This document shows, one piece after another, positions 54,244 to 64,000 of a DNA stretch of 64,000 bases. The notes below the pieces were generated by a model. The model was not told where the DNA came from. It did not search any database and saw only the letters and a list, made by a program, of their open reading frames with translations. Origin of the DNA: Prasinococcaceae sp. CCMP 1430. Its lineage: Eukaryota > Plantae > Prasinodermophyta. The first letter of the stretch is position 1. Every line of letters begins with the position of its first letter. The translations under genes were made by a program, and so were the position numbers. The DNA is taken from contig RQSC01000033.1 in NCBI GenBank assembly GCA_013416795.1, positions 288,567-352,566 of the forward strand. The letters are read 5' to 3'.

Positions 54244-57200
54244 ATGGCGAGCACGAGGCGGCCGCCGCAGGGCCGCCGCAGCCCGAAGCCGAAGCCGCGG
54301 GCGCGAGGCGATGAGGCGTACGAGGCCGGGGGGGCGGAGCGGCGGCGGGGGGGTGTAGAGGGCGGGGACGCTGCGGGAGAGGAGGGCGCCTCAGGCGCCG
54401 GCCGCGGCGAGGAGGGCGAGGACGATGCGCAGCGCGCTCTCCGGCTGTCGCATGCAGTGCGCAGACTCGAGGCGGAGAAAGCAGAGCTCGTGCAGCAGGT
54501 GCGCGCGCGAGACGTCCTGCGCGCTTTGGTGTATTTATGTATGTGTGCGTGTGCCCGCGCGCGCGCGCACGCGAGAGACAAAGAGGGAGAGGGGGAAGCG
54601 CGCGCACGCGCATGTGCGGCATCGCTGGGCAATAGGCACTTGTCTGACCCGTGCGGCCCTGCCCGGGCCTTCGCGGCGGTCGGGCGTCTGCTCACTCGCT
54701 CGGATGCACGCGCTGGCTGCAGCTTCTGAGCATGCGCTTGGATCTCGAGGACGCGCGCGCGTCGCTCGAGCAGGCGGGCGCCGCCGCAGCCGAGCGCGGC
54801 GAGGTAGTCACACGATCTCTCGCCCAATGGTCGCTGCCACCGGCGGCCGCGCAGTTGAGCGAGGCGATCGCGGCGGCCCCGGCGGAGGCGCGTGTCGAGC
54901 TTGCAAGCAGGGCGATTGAGGGTTCGCTGCGGGCACTCGCGTCCAGCGTCAGGGGCATGGCCGAAGACCCAAGCCCGGAGGCCTCTGGCGGACCTGCCGA
55001 CCCGGCGGCCCCCGAGGAGGCACGCGCGCTCCTGGCGTCACTCGTCGCCGACGGCGACGCGCCCGTGCCCGCGCCAACGCTCGCGCGGCTCTCGGCTCTC
55101 TACGAGCTTCAAGCCTTTGCTCTGGACGCCGCACGCACCGAGCGAGCGCAGGTGTGCGAGCTCGTCGCTGCCAGGCTTGAGCAGGTCGAGGGCGTGTGGG
55201 CGGTCACTCGCGACAACGTCGTTGCACCAGCGGCCGCCGCCCAAGCGGGGGCGAGCGGAGGCGCCGTGGGCGGCGCGCTCGTCACTGCGCCGTCCAAGTC
55301 TGGTGCCGGGCTGTCAGTGCTGAGCAGTGATGCGACAGCGACACCGACCTCGACCTCGACGGCGCGGCTCAGCGAACTGCAAGAGCTCACAAATGCGGCG
55401 TCCCGCAAGCTCTCGGATGTTCTGGCAGAGCGAGACACATTACGCGGCGAGACCGAGTCGCTGCAGGCACAGCTCGAGGCGGTGACGCGGAGCGCGGACG
55501 GCACGCAGGCAAAGCTACGCGAAGCAATTGTGGCAAGAGACGAGGCACGGAGGGAGGCGATTGCGCTGCGCGAGGTCTCCGCTACAGCCGGCGACGCCGG
55601 TGCTATGCAGATGGCGGTGGGGCGTTTCATCGCCGCACAGAAGCTCGTGGGCGAGGCAGTGGCGTCTGTGCGGGCCAAGCGTCCGCTGGCTCCTGCTCAG
55701 GTCGCTAAGTGGCTTGCGTACGCTGGTAGAGCGGGTGCAGGTGGTATGCACGCACACGAGCACGTCGGCGCAGGCGATGGCACAGGAGGAGACAGTGCGG
55801 TAGCGGTTGCTGAGGCCCTGCTGTCGTTCCCTGCGTCAATCGCTCCTCTTGTCGCGAAGGTGTGTGACTGCGCGTTCCATGCCTGAAAATGTGCTCGAGG
55901 GCGACGCGCGCACGAGTGCGGGCGCCCGTCTCCGTCTCGTCTTGACTACGTTGTTGACTGCCCCCCCTCCCTAACCCATCCTCCCGCGCGCGCGCGCGCA
56001 TGCGCACGCGCGCGTCCAACAACCCCACCCCCCTCCATGGCCAGGTTGTGGACACTGAGAGTCTGGAGCTTCTGCCGAGTGCGCACGCTCCCTTCCAGCC
56101 CGAGCCCTCGCACACCAATCTTGAGGCGCTGCTGGCCAGCGTCCTGTCGAGTTGCACGCAAAAGGGCGCTACGGTCGGCGCCTGCGAGGATGGTCACCCG
56201 CTCAACCCCTTCTCGCTGAGCAGGTCACTTCACGGCTCGGAGGTGGATGCGCTGCCTGTCTCGGTGAGACGACTGGCAGAGGTCCTGATGGCTGTCGACG
56301 ACGCGTCGGCGGGCAAGTGGAGCGAGGCCCAAGATGTGGACTCGCACAACGCCGCGCGCGGGGCGCGTATTGCGGTGGTCGCGTCCATTATCGGCGACCT
56401 GCACTTCCGCGGCGCAGACGTCGGCGTCACCTACGCGCTGAGTTCATTTCTGAGCGCAGGCGGCGGTGCCAGCAAAGAGGCAGGCGGCGAGGGTGTATCT
56501 GAGGGCACCGTGCCTGATGCACTCGCCCGTGCATCGCTCGAGTGTGATACACGCATTGACGTGGCAATCGACCGACTGTACGCTGGCGCCGAAGCACTCG
56601 CGACGCGTGCAGTGGGTTCAGATGCGCAGTGCGTGGCGCTCATCGATGCTTTCGCGGAATGCTCGCAACTCGAAGCAAGCGTGTCTGAACGTCTAGCTGA
56701 GATTGAGCGCGAGCAGACACGAGCAATGGGTGCCCGCAAGAGTGCGGACAGCGCGCGTGCTGAGCTGCTGCGGGAATTGCAAGGCGACGGTGCCGGTGCT
56801 ATGGTCGCTTCCTTCGAGGTGTCTCTCCGCGAATTGCACGAGCGTGCGGGCTCTGCATGCGAAGCTGCGCACTCGCTTCGCGAAGGTGCACGCGAGGCAC
56901 ACGAACGGCTTGCGGCATACGAGGGGCGCGTTGCGCGCGTCGATCCTGGCAAGATTGAGGATGGGATGCGCAAGTACGCGCGCGCGGCACTCGTGCGTGC
57001 CTCCGCCAGTGCGTGCCAAGTTGCAGCTGCAGGAAGCAAAGGGGCGGCGAGCGCCGCCGCCGCCGCGTCCGAGGCGAAAGCAGCGTCTATGACGGCGCTA
57101 TCGCATGTCCTTTCGATTTGCGAGGGCGAGGCGGCGCTCGAGGCGGCAGTGGGTGCCGCTGCGACCACGTTCGATGAGATCGCCTCCGAGCACGCCGCCC

Positions 57201-59041
57201 TGCGTGCTCGTGCCGAGAGCCTCGAGGCGGAGCTCGAAGGGGCCGCCACAGAGGGTGATTCGACAAACGAGGCGCTCGCTGCTCCCGCATCAGGAGGCAC
57301 GGTAGCCGACACGCTGGCGCCAGCGGACAGCGCCTTAGTCGGCGGCGCCCTCGCGTCTGAGACGGCGGCGGCTGGCGGCGTTGGCAAAAGAGGTGATGGC
57401 CGCGGTGGCGGGCAGGCCTCGCTGTTCGAGCGCGTGTTGCAGGCGCGCGCGGCCGTTGAGGCGCTGAGCGGCAGCGAATGCGACGCCTTGACACGCGACG
57501 CGCTGCTGGGTATCGCCAGCCTCCTTGTCGAAGTGCAGACGCAGGTGCTAAGTGAGCGCGAGGCAGCCAACGCGAAGATTGAGACGTTGGAGACTGGCGC
57601 GCAAGGCCTCGAGGCCACGCTCAAGCGCGTCAGCGGCGACGCAGACCGCCTCAGCGCACGCATCGCGGAGGCCGAGGAGGACAGTGCTCAGGCGGAGGGT
57701 GCAGCAGAGCGCGCGTGTGCCGACCGAGAGCAGCTCTGGAGCGCTCTCAAGGCCGCGCGCGTGGGACTGCTCCCGAGTTCGCCCGAGGACGTGGTCGCAG
57801 CCCTCGATCACCTCGCCACGGTCGAGGCGAAGCGCTACGCGCTCGACGGCCCGTCGGTGGGAGGTCTCGCCGAGGAGCTCGTCGCAGCGGTGGTGGTAGT
57901 CCCGCGCAGCCCAGGCGGCGTGGCCGCGCACGCGCCTGCCGAGGCAGAGCAGCGCTCAGCGCGCGCGGCGGTCACCCAAGCGCTGGGCGAGGACGCGGAT
58001 TCCAAGCGCGCCCTGGTGCGCCTATGCGCGGTGCTCGCTGCCGAGCGAGCGGATGGATGCGCTGCGCGCAGAGAGGCCCTCGATGCTGCGGAGCGAGCGG
58101 GGCGCGCGGACGACGAGGTGGCTGCACTTCGACGCGAGGTTGAACAGCAGCGCTGCGCCGCGGACGATGCATCGGCGCTGCGTCGCGAGGTTGAGGTCTA
58201 CTCGCAGCGCGCGGCGGCCGCCCTGCAGGAGGTGCAAGCCCAGTGCCGTAAGGCCGCCGCCGCGCAGCCCGATGCGCAGGAGTGCAAGGCCATCACCGCG
58301 GAGCTCATCGAGCTGGTCGAGAGCAGTGCGCGGGGACGCGTGAATGATGTGGACGAGGACGAGTCCGACGTCGAGAGGTTGATCGGGCCGACCGAGCTTT
58401 TGGCCCAGCTCGAGCGGCTACGCGCGGCGGTCCAGGCACAGATGGAGGTGCGCGCGCATTTGACTGCTGCGTGCGAGTGTGCGCCGAAAGTTGACACCGG
58501 CAGCCGGTGAGATATGCAACGCGCCGCTCGAGGAATGCGGGGTATGAGAGTGCATGCGTTCCGTTTTCTGCTGCTGACCTCACCCCCCGCATCCTCGCCA
58601 CCGCGTTGTGGGCTGGACCCGCAGGCCCGCACCGGTGCTGAGAAGGAAGCCGCCCGCCGCGCGGTCAAGCTTGAGGCGGAAGCCGAGGCCGCGGAAGCGC
58701 GCGAGAGAGAGCTCAAGGCGGAGGCCCTGTCGCTTCGCGCCGAGCTCGCCGATGCCCGCGAGGGTGAGGCTGCCTCGCGTCGGTGGCGGGCGCGCGCGGG
58801 CGAGCTCGAGGGCTCGCTCGCCGACGCGGCCAAGGCTCGGGCAGAGGACCGCGAGCTCCAGCAAGAGACGCTTCTCGCCCTCAGGCGCGCCAAGGAGGAC
58901 AACAGGAGCCTGGCAGGGCACGTCGCCGTTCTGGAGGAGGAGCTCGAGGACATCCTGCGCGAGAGCGACGTGCCGCCGCCCAGCCCGCGCACCTACACCA
59001 CGCCGCTGCAGCTCTTCCAGTGCGGCGCGTCCGTCCAATAG
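54244..59041 (+). CDS. Large multi-exon Ala/Glu-rich coiled-coil protein of unknown function
   Basis: Exons 54244-54498, 54723-55859, 56045-58447, 58625-59041 join in phase via GT-AG introns; extensive heptad-like content. Confidence 0.72.
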
Positions 59042-59424
59042 GCGGGACGTGGCCCGTCCAATGTCGCAAAAATGTTTGAAAATCATGCGGATTAGGGTGG
59101 GCGATTTTTAGGGTCTATGATCGGTGATCGCGTGTGGAGTGGATGGGTGCGGGACGCTGCGCGCTCGCCCCACAGGCGCTGAGGCGGGCGCTCGCCGTCG
59201 CGGTCGCGGCGGGCGTTGCCGGCGTCGGCGAGCGCCCAAGGCACGGGTCTCGCGGAGGGCACGTGCTCCCCCTCCCGCCCCGCCCCCCCGCTCGGGGCGC
59301 GCACGGGCCGGCGCTGGCCCGCACCGCCACCTCGCAGTGTGTGTGTGGGGGGGAACGTGCGGCGCCGCGTAACAGCGGCACGCTGTGCGCGCGTGCTGCC
59401 CGCGCGCGCCGCAGCCTCGCCCCG

Positions 59425-59661
59425 ATGAGCTCCGTTGGCCTCTTCTCCAAGCTCAGTCTCGGCACCAAGAGCGGGCAGGAGCACCTTATCACCAAGCACA
59501 AGGTGCTTAACGAGACCTACAAGAGCCTCGACGAGTTCGAGCTGCTGGAGACGCTGGGTGCGCGCGCGCGCGTGGGCGTGCACTCTGTCCCAAGGCTCTA
59601 CGATAGAGGTACAGTGATGGGGAACGACGCGGCGACCCAGCTCGGCACGCCGGCGACCTAG
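59425..59661 (+). CDS. Short ORF resembling the first exon of an AGC/PKA-like kinase; no kinase domain follows
   Basis: MSSVGLFSKL...YKSLDEFELLETLG, followed by a GTGCGC donor-like site; no GxGxxG continuation found. Confidence 0.35.
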   Translation: MSSVGLFSKLSLGTKSGQEHLITKHKVLNETYKSLDEFELLETLGARARVGVHSVPRLYDRGTVMGNDAATQLGTPAT

Positions 59662-59984
59662 CGCCTGCGGCCTGAGCCTGTGGGCACGAAGGCCCCGCCG
59701 TGGCGCGCAGCGGCGTAGCCTGCGCGCAGCCCTCGCACGAACGCGAGGACGTCCTCGGCCCGGCCGCTCTCGGCCCCGTCGGCGCCCCAGTCTTGCATGA
59801 ACAGCCGCACCTCTGCGAGCACCTGCGCGGCGGCGGCGGCGTGCGCGTCCTCCTCGCCGTCCGTGCCCTCGCTGGAGGTGTCCCCCGAAGCGATCGCTGC
59901 GGCCGCCGCGGCGGCGCCCGCCGAGCCGCCCCTGCGGCCCGACGTCTTGCGCACGCCGCTGCGGCTGCCCGAGCGCCCCGAGCG
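59658..59984 (-). CDS. 3' fragment of an unidentified gene, truncated upstream by the N join
   Basis: Open frame from the N to TAG: RSGRSGSRSG...QVLAEVRLFMQDW...GRRR*. It may or may not belong to the ORF across the N. Confidence 0.4.
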   Translation of the reverse strand, partial: RSGRSGSRSGVRKTSGRRGGSAGAAAAAAAIASGDTSSEGTDGEEDAHAAAAAQVLAEVRLFMQDWGADGAESGRAEDVLAFVRGLRAGYAAARHGGAFVPTGSGRRR

Positions 59985-59985
59985 N

Positions 59986-60600
59986 GTGCCGTGACACGAT
60001 CTCGACGGTGACGCCGCGCGGCCACAGAGGCAGCAGGCGCGTGAGGCCGCGCACGTGCAGATCGCTCGCCTCGGCGTCGGTTCCCGAGATCGGGTGGAAC
60101 TCGCGGTTGCCCAGCGTGAAGGGGCGGTCGATTGTCATCTCAACGTCCGACTGGATTGAGTTGATCTGGCGCGTCTGGCCACAAGCAGTGATGTAGTAGC
60201 CCGTGCGCAGCTGCGTGAGGAAGCGCGTGTTGCCGTAGAGGCCCTGCGTGCGCCCCTCACCGTACATGCTGGAGAACTCGCGGTTGGACCACGCCTCCGA
60301 CACCACGCGGCGGCCGTACGACCGGATCTTGCCGTAGCCGGGCAGCAGCATGGTGTACCAGTTGAAGTGCGTGTGCATGAGCAGCGGCTCCGAGAAGGAG
60401 TTCTCCAGCAGCAAAAAGTACTCGGCGTACGAGCCGACGGTGCCCAGCTCAGCCACGCGCTGGGTCTCGAGGTCGCCGTTGATCTCGACGGTCATCCACG
60501 GGCCGCTGCCGAAGTACGCGCCCGTGCCGCTGTTGGCCCACGTCGAAGCCGGGCCAAACTGCGACTCGAAACGCGTGCCGCGGCCGACGATGCGGCGGCG
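59986..60600 (-). CDS. Internal fragment of a protein with two phage-tail-like beta modules
   Basis: IVGRGTRFESQF...LLLENSFS and GYGKIRSYGRRV...GNTRFLTQLRTGYYITACGQTRQINSIQSDVEMTIDRPF. Low-complexity-free, coding-like composition. Both ends unresolved. Confidence 0.65.
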
Positions 60601-61190
60601 CTGCCGAGGCGCGGATGTGGAGGCGTCCGGAGGTGGCGCGCGACAGGGTCCGCGGATGCGCGCGGCGACCGGTGAGGGCCGAGACCGATTCGACGTACGG
60701 AGAGATCGGGTTGGAAGCGGGGGAGCGAGAGAATTGATTGGGGTTTTTGGTGGGACCTGCGCGCGGCGCCGCGGGTGGCCAACAGACGGCGGAGCGGCAG
60801 CCCGAGAGGGGAAAGGGAGGGGAGGGGACGCGGCGCCACTTCCCACAGGGGGGGGGGGGGGGGGCGCGGCACAGCGCGCGCGAGTGCGCGGCGGGCCAGG
60901 CGGCGCTCCTGCGCGTGGGGAGCTGCATTCTGGCCTGGAGGGGCCGGCGCGCGCCCCGGGCAGGTGCCAGGGGAGAGGGACCCGCGCGGAGACGGAACGC
61001 CTGCGGGCGGCGCAGCGCAGGGTGCCCGCATCGCGGCGGGAAGAAATCCGCCGGCGCGCGGGGGCAGGGGGGGGGCGAGCGGGGCAGAGCGGGGGAGAGC
61101 GGGCGAGGAGGGCAGCTTGGAGCGCCGCAACGAGTGCGGCCCCGCGGACCTGCGGTGGGGAGGAACACCAGCGGGAGGCGTCTGCGCGGG

Positions 61191-62047
61191 ATGCTTCTGT
61201 TGGCGAACGCGCGCGCCGCGGACGCGGCGCGCGGCGCGAGGGCTGCGCCGGTGTGCCGGCGAGCCGACCGCCGCGCGTGCGCGCGCTCGCGATCGCGCAG
61301 CGGCCGGAGACGTCCAGGTCGGAGGGCGCGCGCGCCCAGCCGGCGCGTCGCGCGCGCGGCGAGCAGCAGCAGTCGCAATCCAACCAGGCGCACGGCACGG
61401 GCGACAGCCCAGAGGCCGAAGGGCTCAGCGTGACGCTCGACAAGCGAGCCACGTGGACCAACGGGCCGCTTTGCTGCCCATGGACTCCGCCCGCGCCGAG
61501 GGCACCGACTGCGTGGTGGGAGGAGGGTGAGGCGCTGCCCAACCTGGTCAGCGCCGCGACGCCGCACGCGCTGGCCAAGGCGATGTTGAAGGGGGCCATG
61601 CACGGCTCGCGCCTCACCGTGCTGTGCTGGTACGGCAGGCAGTGCCCTGGGTGCAAGGCGCTGCACCCCAAGCTGCATCAGATAGCCATGCAGAACCCAT
61701 CGGTGACCTTCGTGAGGGTCGAGTTCGGCGGCGAGACGGAGGCGCTCGCCAAGGCCATGGGAATACGCTTGCTGCCTTTCACGCAGTTCTTCGGACCGGA
61801 GGGCCTGCACGAGACCATGGCGTGCTCTCTGGCGCCGGACCACCTCAAGCGCTTCCGCAAGGCGCTCGAGAAATACACGCCGTGGGCCGAAGAGAGCGGC
61901 GTGCCGCATGGCTTCATCGCCAACGCGCTTCCCGATGAGCTGCAGCAGTTCCTCGAAGATGGCGACATCACCGCGAGGCAGCTTGCGTCCGTTGAGTGGG
62001 CGCGCGAGCATCTGGAGGTGAGCTTTTTCCAAGAGTCGGAGGACTGA
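61191..62047 (+). CDS. ACHT/Lilium-type atypical chloroplast thioredoxin; 5' end unresolved
   Basis: WYGRQCPGCKALHPKL...NPSVTFVRV...LLPF...CS...KRFRKAL. The transit-like ATG at 61191 is in another frame, so an intron or frameshift is required. Confidence 0.8.
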
Positions 62048-62115
62048 GGGCAGGCGTCGCGGGCGGGCGCAAACAAAACACGCAGCAACGGTGCTTCAAA
62101 GTAGTAGTACTACTC

Positions 62116-62151
62116 ACACACACCAACACACACACACACACACACACACAC
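62116..62151. repeat. (CA)n microsatellite
   Basis: Interrupted CA run read directly. Confidence 0.85.
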
Positions 62152-62435
62152 GAAACGTGCCCCGACGAGCGCGTTTGACTGCTCCATCGCCTGGCCTTGA
62201 CTTGCAGAGGTGGTCTGGCCACCTAGGCACACGGGCAGGCACACAGAGCACGGCGGCAGTGACGGCCGTTTCACGCCGCAAGCGGCTCGCCGCCGCCGTC
62301 GAAACCACACCTACCACGCATCCCAGCATGTGCGGGGGAGAGAGCTCCCCGCAGGGCGCACTCCGCGAGGTCCGTATTTTTTTAAAACATATAGTACATG
62401 TACACATACAGTACATACAGCTCGTGCGCCTCGCA

Positions 62436-64000
62436 TCAGTCGCTGTCGTCGCCGTCGTCGAGCAGCACATCGGCGATGCGCGCGCGAAGCTCCTGGCGTG
62501 ACACCGCGCGCAGGCGGGCGGCCTCGTGTAGCAGAGTTGGGGCGCCAGCCACCGCCCTGCCCTCGGCCTGCTCGCCGAAGGTGTTTCCAAGCGCGCCGTC
62601 GGCGGACGCGAGGGCGGGTAGCAGCCACTCCGAGCAGCGATAGCACTGGCGCGCTCCCTCCGAGAGCTTGGCGCTGTCCAATGGGGTCCCGCACACCGTA
62701 CATATCGGCTCCTCGTTACCTGTGTGGAGCGAGCGCGAGGTCAGCCAATTGTGAGAATCAGCACCGCGGAGGGAGCGAGCGCGTGTGCGAAAGTGCATGC
62801 ACGCGCGGGCAGAGGGGCGAGGGGGGGGGAATGGAGGGGGAGGGGGATGGCGAATTTGCTGGACGCTGCCGCGCACCTTCGCCTGCAAGCTCGGTCATGA
62901 GCTTCTTGCCCTTGACGGGCGGGTGACCGAACGGCCGCAGCCTGCCGACGATGCGCAGCACCGAGTGCACAGTTGATGGGGTCTGTGCCGACGCCGCGGC
63001 GACGAAGTCCGACACGAGTGCATTGAGCGACGCGCCTGGGGCGGGCGGGAGCGCACCGGCACCGAACGCGCGCGGTGGTGGTACCCCTCCGCCGGTGCAC
63101 AGCCCCTCGTAGTGACACATGAGCGCGAGCTCTTTCGAGCTCGTGTCAAGAAGCGGGCGCAACAGTTGTGGGCGTGTCGCGTGCGCGTCCTGCGCGCTGC
63201 GTGGGCGCACACCGGGCATTGTGGACTCGTCGGCTGGCCAAGCGAAGCGATGCTGCTGCTCAGCCGGTAGAGCGCCGCCGGCGTTGCCGCAAACGACTGC
63301 TGCGAGCGTGCGCACCGCTGCGAGGTCGGCGCTGTCGCCGAGCGCGAGTGCGCCGCAGCCCATCTCGGCCGCCGCTCGCAGGAGCACGTCTTGACGTAGC
63401 ATGCGAAGCAAGTCGTCGCGTGCGGTGTCGTCCGCCGCTGCGGCGCCTCGCAGAGCAGCGTGTAGCGCGTTTGCATCGCCGCCGTACGCGCTCTCGATCG
63501 CGACGACGCGCACGCACTCCGGTGCGATGCCCTCGGCCGTTGCCGCGCTTCTGACTGCGTCAACAGCTCGCACGGCAGCGGCGCGCGCGAGTGCGTACCC
63601 TGCGCATCCCGACTTGCCAGCCGAGCTCTCTGCCCACGCCTCGGTCTCGTCGACGTGGATCACGGCCAGGCGGAAGCGCGTCTTGCCCTTCACCGCGTGC
63701 TCCACACCCTCCGTCTGCTGCGCACCACGCAGCAGGCGGAGCATAGCGCGTGAGCACGCGCCGCCGCTGGCGGCGGCGGCTACTGAGGCGCCATCGCGAA
63801 GCATGACGTTGCGCCCGATGGCCGCTCGGAAGCGAAGCTCGGCACACACCGCCACGCACTGTCCGCATATCGTCTCGCCTTGCCTCACCACGCACTGGGC
63901 GAGCGCCGCCTTGCACTTGTAGCACCGTGGCGGCGCGCGCACCGCGCGCGGGGGTGCAGGCGCGCAGCATGCGTCGCGCCTGCCGCCGCCGCCGCCGCAC
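62436..64000 (-). CDS. CTU2: Cytoplasmic tRNA 2-thiolation protein 2 (5' partial)
   Basis: CYKC...CGQC, AASGGACSRAML, LGDSADLAAVRTL, LRPLLD...EL, STVHSVLR. Intron 62720-62876; C-terminal CTVC...CYRC. Confidence 0.85.

Noticed and set aside
59092-61671. 859-aa minus-strand ORF as one protein
   Set aside because: It crosses the N, is mostly the antisense shadow of the thioredoxin and GC-rich intergenic DNA, and only about 59986-60600 looks coding.
1-64000. rRNA, tRNA, transposase, integrase, or a prokaryotic operon/defence island
   Set aside because: No recognisable signatures by eye. The bacterial-type genes are interspersed with intron-containing eukaryotic genes. Small ncRNAs such as snoRNAs (e.g. 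in the 333-nt MUB intron) cannot be excluded without Infernal.

Overview
This is a very GC-rich, gene-dense eukaryotic nuclear window, not prokaryotic. It has short GT-AG spliceosomal introns and about 30 protein-coding genes. The plant/alga-type genes (clade A PP2C, MUB, ACHT-type thioredoxin, FRO-type ferric reductase, a cyanobacteria-like plastid membrane protein) suggest an early-branching green alga (prasinophyte/prasinodermophyte-like); this is inference. Housekeeping genes: NUDCD2, CTL1/SLC44, GT31, FDXR, SUN, Kelch, AIDA, MUB, TFIIH p62, kinesin, CTU2. Bacterial-type genes: a rhizobial-type adenylate cyclase, an actinobacterial-type O-methyltransferase with introns, an SfsA-family nuclease, and a phage-tail-like beta module. 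There is also a set of unusual secreted or surface proteins. The most striking structure is a pair of paralogous double FG-GAP beta-propeller proteins. All four propellers carry, at the same blade, a Cys-bounded acidic/aromatic loop of 15-36 aa with unrelated sequence, and each propeller is followed by a Cys-pair plus short coiled coil. I found no rRNA, tRNA, CRISPR array or transposase. Two single-N positions (15796, 59985) mark assembly joins that break gene models. All family calls are by motif recognition only; no searches were run, and exon boundaries were derived by hand.
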